Shown piece by piece: positions 1 to 11,553 of a DNA stretch of 64,000 bases. Both the position numbers and the translations under genes were made by a program. Location of the stretch: NCBI RefSeq assembly GCF_001194135.2, contig NC_068981.1, positions 10,539,373 through 10,603,372 on the forward strand, read 5' to 3'. Below the pieces are notes generated by a model. That model did no database searches, was not told the DNA's origin, and saw only the letters and a program-made list of their open reading frames with translations. This DNA is from Octopus bimaculoides. Its lineage: Eukaryota. Numbering within the stretch: the stretch's first letter is position 1; each line of letters starts with the position of its first letter.

Positions 1-16
1 AATTAGTTTTCTTAGT

Positions 17-364
17 GACCGATGACAGTACCCGTTGAGTGGCTCTTATGCCAGTGGCACATAAAAAGCACCATCCGAACGTGGTCAATGCCAGTACCCA
101 CTGACTGGCCCCCATGCCAGTGGCACGTAAAAAGCGCTATCCGAACATGATCGATGCCAGGCCTGCTTGACTGGTTCCTGTGCCGGTGGCACATAAAAAG
201 CACCCACTACACTCTCGGAGTGGTTGGCGTTAGGAAGGGCATCCAGCTGTAGAAACATTGCCAGATCAGACTGGAGCCTGGTGCAGCCACTGGCTCTCCA
301 GACCACAGTCAAACCGTCCAACCCATGCCGGCATGGAAAGCGGACGTTAAATGATGATGCTGAT
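17..364 (+). mobile_element. 5'-truncated RTE-LINE 3' end (family A)
   Basis: Tandem ~58-nt GCCAGT..ACTGGC / GTGCC..GGCAC units, then ggttggcgttaggaagggcatccagctgtagaaa...catggaaagcggacgttaaatgatgat tail shared by more than 25 copies in the window. Confidence 0.8.
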
Positions 365-1069
365 CAGACTACAACGTGATTGCTTCTCCTGGTCAATAAA
401 TACTAAGCATTACATTACGAATTAAAAGCAGCTCTAGTAATGTAAACATTATCACTTACACACGCATAGTTTACATGCTTTGTTTACACATCCATTTGCA
501 ACAGGATAGTATCCAGGGAAAGCTCCCTACATGACGTCTTAAAGAACACCAAGTGTCCCTGACCAGGTGAGACAACTTGCCCCAAAGTGATCAAGAATGG
601 TAGATACCAATACTTCACCATTATTACAGCTTATCAATACCGTGTTCTCGGATCACCCCAAAACAAAATGAATTGCTGGCCTCGGATTTATATGCAAATA
701 TTATAGGTATACTGATTTGCTGTAGGCTAAGAATTTCTGAAACACCTGCCTCATTACAAGGTTCTTTTTTAAAAAATATAACTGGTTGGAAGAACACAAA
801 CAAGAATGGAGTAACAAATTAGTAAAACCAATCTAAAGGTGGTTCAATAGTCAGTAACTTCAGCTGATCTTACAAAATCATATGTTCAAGTGAAAATACT
901 GACTTTCTTTAATTTTTAGTACACTGATATATAAAAGAAAAAGCTTTATAATTTTAGTAAAACACGAAAGATTTTAGCAGTTTTGACAAGAGAGTGATGC
1001 AAAGAATAAATAGTAAATTACTCAGTAGTAATAGATGGGGAATGTTTGTACAGACTATTTTATACATAC

Positions 1070-1279
1070 CAATAAGGAATCCAGCCCGATCTCCACTTGG
1101 CATGATGGTGTCATGGCGTTGACAGGCGTATGTAATTGATTCTAACTGAAGGGCTGATAACTGGCCAGTGTCTATAGTTGAGTCAGGAAGATGAACTTTG
1201 TACCGCACATTTGGAGGTTCCACACTGGATAAAGAACTTGATTCGACCACAGCATCGGGGTGTTTTTCACCAATACGTA
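1070..1279 (-). CDS. SBNO1: Strawberry notch exon: start of the helicase-like (DExD/AAA_34) domain
   Basis: Translates (L)[69 protein letters not shown](G), closely matching remembered SBNO1 [20 protein letters not shown]...[31 protein letters not shown]. Acceptor cttgtAG at 1281-1280, donor G|GTATGT at 1069. Phase 1 at both ends. Confidence 0.97.
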
Positions 1280-1434
1280 CTACAAGAATAAATAATCGAG
1301 TGAAATGGCTAGTGGAATTACGTGTTGATATTCTTGGAAATATAATTACACATTTCAAGAGGAAAAAACAAATTATTACAAACACAAGAGACAATTACTT
1401 TGAAATGAATAAATAACAAAATAAGGATACATAC

Positions 1435-1600
1435 ATTTGGTTGGCATATATTCAGAATATGTTTCAGCTTGACCAAGTTCCTCAATCTCTTCTTCAACTT
1501 CTTCTTCTTCTGGTATGTTGTTATGATGATGATGGTGGTGATGGTGATGGTGGTGATGATGATAATGAGGTGTGCGAAGTGGCATATTGATCCCAGGAGC
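1435..1600 (-). CDS. SBNO1: Strawberry notch exon with His13 tract and acidic EEE..ELGQAETYSEYMPTK motif
   Basis: APGINMPLRTPHY(H)13NNIPEEEEVEEEIEELGQAETYSEYMPTK matches SBNO EEEEMGHAETYAEYMPIK. Acceptor tttgatAG, phase 0. Donor T|GTATGT, phase 1, joins TA of the next exon to give Leu. Intron is 155 nt. Confidence 0.95.
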
Positions 1601-1691
1601 CTATCAAATACATTTAAAAATGAAAAAACATAAGTATCATTATACTGCAATCACGAGACAAAAAAAGGTTGAGAATATGATTTAACTAAGG

Positions 1692-2019
1692 CAGGAGTTC
1701 TCAACCATTTTTTTATCTATGGACCCCTTTGATTACTATTTTATTCTAGTGGACCCCACCCCCCATAGCCATTCAATGTTTAAAAACTAGTTTTACAGAA
1801 ACTTCTTTCAAAATTCTCATTTTGTTTTTCATACATTAACTTGGATAGATTGAACTATGTAAAATGTTAGAGAAAGATACCTAGCTGTTTCTTGCAGTAC
1901 ATACAAATACAAACATCTAAAGCAAAATTTTTTCATGGGCCCTTCAAATACTATTGTAGATCCCCAAAAATCTTATATGGACCCTCAGTGGCCATATGGA
2001 CCGGGGTTGCGAACCACTG
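1692..2019. mobile_element. hAT (Charlie/Buster-like) MITE
   Basis: TIRs caggagttctcaacc / ggttgcgaaccactg. Degenerate 8-bp TSD aactaagg / atctaagc. Confidence 0.75.
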
Positions 2020-2512
2020 ATCTAAGCAGATGTTAAGAATACAATCTGAAAAACAAATCATGACTGCAAAGGGAGAATCACAATTTGTTTAATAAGTATC
2101 TAGAATTTGTTTGTCTCTTCAAAAGCCCTTTGACAGACCCTATCAATGGTTATGTATGGTTGGAAATGTACAATTAATATTTATTTCTGATCATAAATTC
2201 TAGAAAGAATATAGTCATCTGTTAAATTTGAGAGTATTTTGTAAATGCACACAAGTCAAATAATGTAACACTCCTAAATAGACATGTCCCCTAGATTTTC
2301 CCATAAACAATGGTTTTCAACATCTTTTATATCTCTCATCCTTAAAAATTCTAAATAACACAGGCCATGAGATCTGTTTTTACTTTTGTTATTCTAGATG
2401 GATTTCCAATCATGCCAAACACTGATCTTGCCCTCATTTTAAAAAAACACCCCAAAAAGTTTTTATTTTTGTGCTCAGTTGACCAACAAATTCCAGTAAA
2501 TTTCAGCTGTTA

Positions 2513-3018
2513 TCATCATCATAGTTTAACGTCCGCTTTCCATGCTAGCATGGGTTGGACGATTTGACTGAGGACTGGCAAACCAGATGGCTGCACCATG
2601 CTCCAATCTAATCTGGCAGAGTTTCTACAGCTAGATGCCCTTCCTAACGCCAACCACTCCGAGAGTGTAGTGGGTGCTCTTACGTGCCACCAGCACGAGG
2701 GCCAGTCTGGTGGTACAGACAACGGCCACGCTCAAATGATGTTTTTTACGTGCCACCTGCACAGGAGCCAGTCCAGCGGCACTGGCAACGACCTCGCTTG
2801 AATGTTTTTTTACGTGCCAGCAAAGCAACGCTGGTGACGATCACACTCAAATGGTGCTTTTTACATGCCACCAGCACGGAATCCAGACAGCTGCTCTGGC
2901 TGGCAATGATCACGCTCGAGTGGTGCTGTTAGCACTCCACTGGCACGGGTACCAGACATCGAATCTAGTTCGATTTCGATTTCAGTTGCCTCAACTGGTC
3001 TTCGCAAGCAGAGTTTAG
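2513..3018 (-). mobile_element. RTE-LINE 3' end, longer copy with about five subrepeat units
   Basis: Reverse complement of family A with (CAT)n at 2513. Extends 5' into aaactctgcttgcgaagacc..gaggcaactgaaatcgaaatcg, also seen at 43090-43220. Confidence 0.8.
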
Positions 3019-4981
3019 AGTTATCAATTTTCAAGAAAAGTTATCTAAATTTAGGGCTTCCAATGATAGCTGGGGGGGGGGGGGACGCATAAAGTTTTGG
3101 AGAGGGAGCTTGACTCATGGTATTTGCAGGGTCCTTGCGACCTGTGAGATTGATGTGATTCATGTTTGTGAACTGCAATTCGACAAATACTGGAGACATA
3201 GACAAGATGGGAACTCAAAGACTGGGATCTTCTATATGATCACACAACCTTTTAAAATAGCAGCCAAATCTCCTCTCAAATCACATTCTACTTTCTTGAA
3301 ATAGAAAGGACATGTTGGATAATGTAATCCTATATAATGCTATTTCTGGGAAAAAAAACTGGATATTAAGGTTAAGTGCTTTGATAACAAATAGGTCTGT
3401 TAAATTAGAGAAGACTTGGAGCTAAGACATAGAGGTATAAAAAAAAATGGGTTAAGATAGCAGAAATGCCAGAAATTATTGACAGAATATATAAAGGGAT
3501 CTATTCAAAACGTTAAAATATTTCCTCTCATTTCAATAGCCTGTCTATTATTGCCTCCACTGATTCCTGCCCACACCAACTTCCACAATTCCTAGATTAT
3601 AGCGTTATGTTACATTATTTACTTCAACCAATTGATAATGAATCAGATAAAGTGGTATCACTTTAACATTAATGACATCTCCAACTATACATAATGACAC
3701 ACAGCTTGTTAGGACACTTCTGAAACACTCAGAACAACCATATCCTAGTAATTTACAAATCTAAATAAAACTGGATTTCCATCAGTTTCAACAATTGGTA
3801 TTTGGTTATTCGAATAGCACAACCACTCACACTCCTTGAATTAGCTTGTAACTGACCCTCAGTTGAGCAGGTATCTTGTAAAGTACTTGACCTCCCTAGT
3901 GCTGGTGCCACAGAAAAAAAAAAAAAATAGCAGACAACACACTCTGTAAAATGGTTGTTAGAAAGAGAAATGGCATCAATCAATAGAAACCATGTCAAAG
4001 CAGACATTGGTGCTTGGCACAGTCCTCTAGATTGTCAAACCATCCAACGCATGCCAGAATGGAAAACAGACATTAAATGGTGATGGCAATCATTCCATAA
4101 ACACTGATACCCTCGTGATTCTCAGGTAGAATCAGCATGACTGTGGCAAGGTTTCTGCTGTTAACTCTTTTGCATTCTCATTCCACATGAAATACACATC
4201 TCATGCTTCAACTGACTAATTTTGTTCATTAACTGATATATTAATTTGATGTCTGAAACACAGAAATGAGGAACGGTCTTACAGAAAATTATGATAGATG
4301 GTTTTACTATTGACAGTTTTATAAAAGAAACAGAGGGAATTTCAGGTAGGTTAGTATCAAAAGAGTTAAATTACAGGTACAATCTGACAAACTTTCAGTT
4401 TCTCTCTGTCCAATTTCATTGATAAGACTTGGCCTGATCCAAGAATATGCAAATCTATTAGATCTAATAAATAAATCTAACATTCAGTTAAATGGACAAG
4501 ATAGGCTCATCAAACCTATATCATCATGAAGTAACACACAGTGAATTTTAAACATTGTCATTTTGTTAATTTCATATAAATTTATCAAAATTTTCACATG
4601 GGACGGGCAGTTTAATAGGAGCTGCATCAGACCCCATTGTCTGGTTTGGCAAGGTTTCTACAGCGGGATGCCCTTCCTAACACCAACCAATTTATTACAC
4701 GGTATACTGGGTACGTTTTACATAATACCAGCACCAGTACTTTTTATGTGACACCAGAACCAGTAAAATCATCAAGAAACTGACCAAGAGGGAGCATAGT
4801 ATTGAGGGAGGTGGCTTTGTGCCAGTTGAGAAGTTGAAGTGTAATATGGGAATAGAGATAAGTGTCTTGCTATTATAGAGGAAATACTTGACTGCTCCAG
4901 TTGGAAATCAACAGTTTTAGAGCCATAAGCAAGCACTGTGTGGTAAATAATCAGATTATGAGTAACCATTCTCATATTAAC

Positions 4982-5413
4982 CCATCATCATCCATCATTT
5001 TGAATCCAGGTTTTGTCCCTGTTAACAGGGGTGGCTGGATCTACCTCAATACCATTGCAAACGCCCTCACACCATCTCGCCCAGTTTTGGGCATCCTCCC
5101 TTCTCAAGCCAACCCTCCTAATCTCCTCCTCCATCTGTCCCCTCCACATTTTCCTCGGTCTACCTTGCTTTCGCTGTCCTTTTACCTGAAACTCTAGCAC
5201 CTTCCTCAGAACATGCTCCTCATCCCTCCTTAACACATGCCCATACCACTGCACTTCATTCGCCATTGCCAACTGTTCCACTGATTCCTCCAACCCCAGC
5301 ATCCCCATCGAGTCCTCAGTCCTCCGCTTATCAAACAGCCTGATGCCACACATTTCTCTCTCAGTCCTTCTCAAAATTGCCATTTCTCTCTCTCTCTCTC
5401 TTTCAAACACCAT
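4982..5413 (-). pseudogene. RTE-clade LINE ORF2 C-terminal remnant with short tail (second RTE family)
   Basis: LQWYGHVLRRDEEHVLRKVLEFQVKGQRKQGRPRKMW..E..RVGL.REDAQN.ARW-type motif typical of the RTE ORF2 end, with a gatgatg tail. A second copy of the 3' end is at about 28861-28940. Confidence 0.85.
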
Positions 5414-5711
5414 GTCTCACTCCCATATAACTCCTATAGACCCTTCCTATCGTCTTCAATAAATAACCATTTTGAACACAGGCACAAGACCAGAAACTTA
5501 GAGGGAAGGGAAACTGTACGTTATATCAACCTCAGTATCTGGCTGTACATTATTTTTGTTGATGACAAAAGGACAAAAGGCAGACTTGACAGTGGGAAGA
5601 GTTAAAGTCAAAATGTAAAAGGGCCAGAGCAAACGCCACAAGACACACTAACAATCTTGTCAGTCCATCAGCAGTCAATAAACAAGGTTGATAAAATATA
5701 AATAAATTAAA

Positions 5712-5936
5712 TTAACCCTTTAGTGTTTAAATTACTCTGCCAAATGTTAAGCTTATTCATTCATATTGTTTTGAATTAATCACGTATTATCTCATAGCTT
5801 TGAGATTTTGATGATATTGTCTATTTTTAGAATGGCATTGTAGGGTAGGTGTGAGAGGTTAGATCAGGCCAGTCTGAACTTAAAACAGGAGGTATATCTG
5901 GGCTGGATATAACCAGTTTAAATGCTAAAGAGTTAA
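5712..5936. mobile_element. TTAA/piggyBac-type MITE (family F)
   Basis: TTAA-CCCTTTAG ... CTAAAGAG-TTAA termini. Related copies at 14755-15261, 17979-18291, about 49151-49358 and 62086-62617. Confidence 0.75.
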
Positions 5937-7069
5937 GGAAAAATGGAAAAAAAATTACATAATTGCAGTTATATTAATTCCATTTATCATTATCACTTTG
6001 TAGCTAAATATATGAAGCTATATGTTTGCTTGATTTATAAGAAATGGCAGCTAAACCTCCTCAAATTACAACTGTCTCAAAAAGGGAAGACATCTGCATT
6101 TAAGATAATATAGCCCAGGGTACATTAGACCTTAAATAACAATAGGGACAGACTTGGTTTCGTTACATACCAGATGCCTACATAGTAGTTTTGTGTAGAT
6201 GTGTGTGTGTCTGTGTGTGCAACTCAAGTTTCAAGCTATTGCGATCTTTAGGCAAAGATCAAGTCACAAGACAAGCTCTTAGCTTCAGTTTCAATAAAAA
6301 ACAAACAATATCCTCTACAAGTATTGAGCACTCTTCCCTGTTTGTTCAACCTTTATACATATAAATAAACATGCTATGTTATATATGTTATCTAATTAAT
6401 AATATATATATATATATATATATACACATACATACATTAGATGTACAAGATATTGTATCTTCCATTTCCTATACTAATAGAAAACATATTCCTTTCCAGA
6501 AGTAACTGAAGTGTGATATTGGATCAGTAACCTGCCAGGCATTCAAACTTTATCCAAGGCCTGTGCTCAGCTCAAATTGCTTGATTTTAGCTTACTTATA
6601 AAACAGCTGACACCTTTTTTGTTTAAGTGGTTAATCCAGCTGCATAAATAATGCTATACATAGCAGTACTAACTATAAAAACATATGCAAATAGATATGC
6701 ACAACCATTTTACCCAAATAGCACGAAGAAAAAAAAAAAATCCCCCTATCCAAAGCTTATAATATCAAAGCATTTCCAACAGCATGCCCTTGCAAAAATA
6801 AACTAAGTTCCCAACAGATGATGTAAAACAATTCAGATGGTTACAAATGATTTCAATGAAGCAATAAGATCCATTTTAGTTTGAAATTATGATAATCAAA
6901 TCAACACCAGTATGGTCTTGGTATAAAATGAGACTTCACCTGTGACAGAATTTGAACAGAAAATGATGATACAGTAAACAGGATGCCCGGAGAAACCCCA
7001 TTTAACCTTTGTAGGATGTATGCCATCTCCATCACTTCAGTTTAGTTTTTCTTACTATCTGTGCCTACT

Positions 7070-7460
7070 CCACACCTCTTCGGACAAATTGAATACAATT
7101 TTTTAATTACTTATTTGATGGGTCTCAGGAAATGGGTTGTGTTCATAGCCTTCACAGAGATTGAAGTGGTCAATATTTCTCTTGAACAGCTAAGTGATAT
7201 TTGCAGGAAAAATATGTGCAGGTCAGGAATTCCAGAGAGGCAAAATTCAGTGGAAGAAGGATTGGAGGTAATTATTAATGCTAGTCTATGGTTAGACAAA
7301 ATATCGGTGACAAGAAGAAGTGAAGGGGGCCAGTCAGATGTGCCTGAATGGAAGTAGCACAAGATCAGCTAGCCCCAAAGAGCACCAGCTACTCTAGTAA
7401 CAGTCAGAATAAAGCAGAGAAAGAGAGAGGAATGCGTCTATAGAGCAGACATGTTGGTGA
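7070..7460 (+). pseudogene. Degenerate CR1/L2-like LINE RT fragment
   Basis: GLEVIINASLWLDKISVTRR weakly resembles CR1/L2 DLGVIISSDLKWDKHIS. The frame is broken. Confidence 0.35.
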
Positions 7461-8188
7461 GTAACTTGATCCCAATAAGTTGTGTGGCCTCTCTCAAGAT
7501 GCAGTTTTGAATGTCCATGTGTACAGCAACAATACTATCACAGATGTGGGAGCAGCATTCCATGGAGGATCTCATCTAAACTTTGTAGAGGGTTAGTAGT
7601 TGGGGAAAAAATATTCTAACCCTGAAGAGCAAGACCAATTATGGTGCAGTCTTAATTACACTAAGGATGTGGGTTCACCAGTAAACAACTCCAGTAGTGA
7701 AACCTAGCATTTACTATAGTACCCTTGAGGGTTCTCACTGCATGCTGTTCATGTTTAGGGGTGGTGGTGGTGGTGTGTGTAATTATTAATTTAATATATA
7801 ATTATTTTAAGAGAGAAAGTCTAAACAAGACTTATCTCCCCCATACTGAATCAATGTTCAAGCATTACGGAGCTATCGAAAAGACTCCATAAATACATGT
7901 GATTGAAAGCGGGATAGTGAGAGGATATTTAAAAAGACTCCACATTAATTGCGAATTAGCTAATTTCAAGATGAAAGTCTTAAATAGATTTTCTTCTATC
8001 TTCAGTGCAATACATGCAAAAAATATACAAATTAGTGTTTATACACACTCATAACAAAGCGAGTTTGCACATCTATACACAAACACTTGCAAGTATAGAT
8101 TCGAAAAAGCCCTATTAAAATCCTCAGACAACGACCACATGTATTTATATCAAAAAAGGATTGCAGATAATGTGGGTTCTTGAAGAGG

Positions 8189-8385
8189 AAGCTTATAAGC
8201 CATCACCATGCATTGACTAAGGTAAATAGTTTAATATTGGGGTAGATAAGCCCTCAACGGAAAAAAGTAGGGTTTGCCATGTCCCAAGTGTACGGCAAAC
8301 CCTACATTTTTCTATCGAGGGGGCTTGTATGCTCCAATATTAGACTATTTACCTTAGTCAATGGACGGTGATTGCTTATAAGCTT
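8189..8385. mobile_element. Almost fully palindromic MITE (~197 bp)
   Basis: Arms aagcttataagc..cattgactaaggtaaatagt..gtagggtttgcc and ggcaaaccctac..actatttaccttagtcaatg..gcttataagctt around a ~9-nt loop. Confidence 0.85.
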
Positions 8386-8407
8386 TAAGCTTATAAAATA
8401 TTATAAT

Positions 8408-8438
<31 letters not shown>

Positions 8439-8480
8439 NNNNNNNNNNNNNNNNNNNNNNNNNNNNNNNNNNNNNNNNNN

Positions 8481-8658
8481 TCTACAGCTGGATGCCCTTC
8501 CTACAGCTGGATGTTGGCGTTAGGAAGGGCATCCAGCTGTAGAAACTCTGCCAAATTAGACTGGAGCCTGGTGTTGCCATCCGGTTTCACCAGTCCTCAG
8601 TCAAATCGTCCAACCCATGCTAGCATGGAAAGCGGACGTTAAACGATGATGATGATGA

Positions 8659-8662
<4 letters not shown>
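8481..8662 (+). mobile_element. Young RTE 3' end with a 5' inverted duplication
   Basis: Nearly identical to 16409-16559 (diagnostic gttgccatccggtttcacc). Starts with an inverted copy of its own core. Abuts an N-gap. Confidence 0.75.
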
Positions 8663-8695
<33 letters not shown>

Positions 8696-8821
8696 TTTAC
8701 CTGCCAACTCAAGCCTAATATGGATCCTTAGCTCCAGCTGAGGCTCAGCTGGAGCTGTGAACTTGGAACCTAATGGATGACCAATTATAGCACTTCCTCA
8801 GCATACCTATTTGTTTAGATC

Positions 8822-9118
8822 ACCAAGCCTCACGGAGACAAAGTGACTGAGTTCCTTTCGAGTGTTGGGCCTCACAGAGGCAATGACCGAGACCTTTGGC
8901 ATTATATTGTGCTTGAGAAGTCCCATCAAGCTAGTGGCACGTAAAAGCACCCATTACATTCTTGGAGTGGTTGGCATTAGGAAAGGCATCCAGCTGCAGA
9001 AAACTACGCCAAATCAGACTGGAGTCTAGTGCAGCCTTCCAACTTACCAGCTCCAGTCAAACCGTCCAACCCATACCAGCATGGACAACGGACGGTAAAT
9101 GATGATTATGATTATGGT
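8822..9118 (+). mobile_element. RTE 3' end including ORF2 C-terminal-like segment
   Basis: gggcctcacagaggcaatgaccgagacctttggc..gtgcttgagaag (GLTEAMT.RDLW...VLEK-like) followed by the family-A tail. Confidence 0.75.
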
Positions 9119-9255
9119 GACTGTATCTTTATGCAGTTGAAGGAAGCAATATTGGTACATTACCGTTGAAGAATGATTTTGAGGTCTCTGTTCATAACAT
9201 TGGGGCAGGTTTTGGTGTGAAGTAATCTAGGTTGATTGTAGGCATGGGAGGGTCC

Positions 9256-9763
9256 AGATGGACTATATGTAATCTGAACCTTTCCCCCCTTATTTTATTT
9301 TTTTTATTTTTACGGAATTCCACGTTTTAGGCTATGGAGATTCCGATTCTGAAAAAAAAAATTTCAAAANNNNNNNNNNNNNNNNNNNNNNNNNNNNNNN
9401 NNNNNNNNNNNNNNNNNNNNNNNNNNNNNNNNNNNNNNNNNNNNNNNNNNNNNNNNNNNNNNNNNNNNNNNNNNNNNNNNNNNNNNNNNNNNNNNNNNNN
9501 NNNNNNNNNNNNNNNNNNNNNNNNNNNNNNNNNNNNNNNNNNNNNNNNNNNNNNNNNNNNNNNNNNNNNNNNNNNNNNNNNNNNNNNNNNNNNNNNNNNN
9601 NNNNNNNNNNNNNNNNNNNNNNNNNNNNNNNNNNNNNNNNNNNNNNNNNNNNNNNNNNNNNNNNNNNNCAGAATCAGAATCTCCATAGCCTAAAATGTGG
9701 GATTCCGTAAAAATAAATAAATAAATAAGGGGGGGAAAGGTTCAGATTACATATAGTCCGTCT
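9256..9763. mobile_element. Long-TIR (about 100 bp) MITE/foldback element spanning an N-gap
   Basis: Left arm agatggactatatgtaatctgaacctttccccc..gctatggagattccgattctg is the reverse complement of the right arm 9669-9763. Confidence 0.75.
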
Positions 9764-10128
9764 CCGCCCACCAATGAAGTTAACAGAAAGTAGATGATTA
9801 CTGATGTAGAAGAGAAAAAGTATGGGGAATGGAATTGAAATTTGAAGCACACCATTGTAGATAGAATGTGTTTCAGAAAGTATTTCATTAGTGCATACCA
9901 TAACGGTGAGATCCAATTAAAAAGCCTAACATCACAATACTAATAGACTGCATCTAATTACAAACTGAAAGTGAGAATGATTTATATGGCAAATATTTTA
10001 ACAGAGGTGTGAGTTTCAGAATCGAATGTTCTTGGAGAGAGCCAGATAATAAGCATATTAAATATTCCATTTTTAGTAGTCTCCATTAGCAATAACTTCA
10101 ATAATAAATTAAAATGTAACCAAACCAG

Positions 10129-10737
10129 GTACAGGAGTAGCTGTGTGGTAAGCAGCCTGCTTACCAACCACATGGTTCCAGGTTCAGTCCCACTGTGTGG
10201 TACCCTGGGCAAGTGTCTTCTACTAATAGCCTCGGGCCGACCAAAGACTTGTGAGTGGATTTGATAAACGGAAACTAAAAGAAGCCCATCATGTGTATAC
10301 ATATATATTATCGTCATTCTTTAACGTCCGTTTTCCATGCTGGCATGAGTTGGACGGTTTGAGTGGGGACTGGCAAGCCAGGAGGCTGCACCAGGCCCCA
10401 ATCTGATCTGGCAATGTTTCTACAGCTGGATGCCCTTCCTAACGCCAATCACTCCAAGAGTGTAGTGGGTGCTTTTTATGTGCCCACTACACTCTCAGAG
10501 TGGTTTGCGTTAGGAAGGGCATCCAGCTATAGAAACATTTTGCCCCCCATCATCGCTTGACAACCGATGCTGGTGTTTACATCCCTGTAACTTAGCAGTT
10601 CAGCAAAAGGGGCGGATAGAATAAGTACAAGGCTTTAAAAGAATAAGTCCTAGGGTAGATTTGTTCGACCAAAGGCGGTGCTCCAGCATGGCCACAGTCG
10701 AATGACTGAAAGAAATAAAAGAATAAACCACAAAAAA
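10129..10737 (+). mobile_element. tRNA-derived SINE (family B) interrupted by an RTE insertion at 10309-10540
   Basis: Box A-like gctgtgtggta and box B ggttcagtccc head. The SINE tail resumes at 10541 (ccccatcatcgcttgacaaccgatgc). The insertion sits in the central (TA/TG) microsatellite. Confidence 0.8.
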
Positions 10738-10929
10738 AAAATAACAATAATAATCATAAATTGATGGTAGACAAATGAAATCTAGATTGACAAATACTAA
10801 GGGTTGATACAAATGAGAAATTATGCAGAACCTTCCAACTCTTTACACAATAAGTAAGAAACATAGGTAAAGATAATTAAATAAAATGAGGAGAGTGAAG
10901 AAACTAATTGGAAAGCTTAATGAACTTAC

Positions 10930-11553
10930 TGTGTATGAATTAATGTTCTTCAACTTGATATCTTCTTGTGACCAAATCCGAGACAAGTCTTTACTAGTAA
11001 CAGATGGGCGTATACCAGCCCCGTTTGTTAAGTTAGCATTCATAACATTGTTCATCTGGTTTGGTTTTGTCATGTTAGCCATTTGTGTTTTATTGACAGT
11101 AGTAGTCTGAGGACTAGGAGCTGTCACTGTTGTTTGAGACACATTCTTCACAACGTTTGAAGCGCTCGGCTTAATTTTGTTTGATGTTATTGTGTTCACT
11201 TTGACATTGCTGCCCGTCAGCCCAAGCTGACTGAGAATTTGTAATGGTTTCCCGGAGTTAACCTCAGTGAGCAATGGACTGTTGCGCCCAGTGCTACTTG
11301 TTGTAGTGATGTAGATCTTCTGTCCAGCAAATGAATTTGGTAAACCACTTTGTGAACCAACATTTTTAGGAGTTAGTGAGATTATTTTGCTACCAGTCTG
11401 ACTGATTGCAGTATTCTGAATGTAAGAATTATTAGCTCCAGTGATTTGCAATACTTGGCTATTCCCACCAGACGACTTAACAACACGAATAACCTGAGAA
11501 TTAGAGTTTGTAAGGCTGTGATTGGTTGGCTGTAAAACTACACGTGGTCTTAT
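10930..11553 (-). CDS. SBNO1: Strawberry notch large Ser/Thr/Asn/Gln-rich low-complexity exon (208 aa)
   Basis: 624-nt open frame IRPRVVLQPT...SKDLSRIWSQEDIKLKNINSYT. Acceptor ttatttcAG, donor ACA|GTAAGT, phase 0-0. The end resembles SBNO1 ARMWINDMKMRSFS, which precedes the acidic motif. Confidence 0.9.

Noticed and set aside
17-210. Regularly spaced palindromic ~58-nt repeats resembling a CRISPR array
   Set aside because: There are no unique spacers and no cas genes. The units are whole degenerate tandem repeats within a eukaryotic retroelement tail.
12-321. Recurring short ORFs such as FLQLDALPNANHSESVVGAFYVPP, LSEWLALGRASSCRNSA and LGQVSSTIASGRPK
   Set aside because: These are off-frame translations of the RTE 3' UTR and SINE B, repeated across the window, and not genes.
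954-1394. Single 146-aa ORF with hydrophobic ends suggesting a membrane protein
   Set aside because: Only 1070-1279 is exonic. The hydrophobic flanks are AT-rich intron read-through. The same applies to the ends of ORFs 10843-11571 and 47352-47924.
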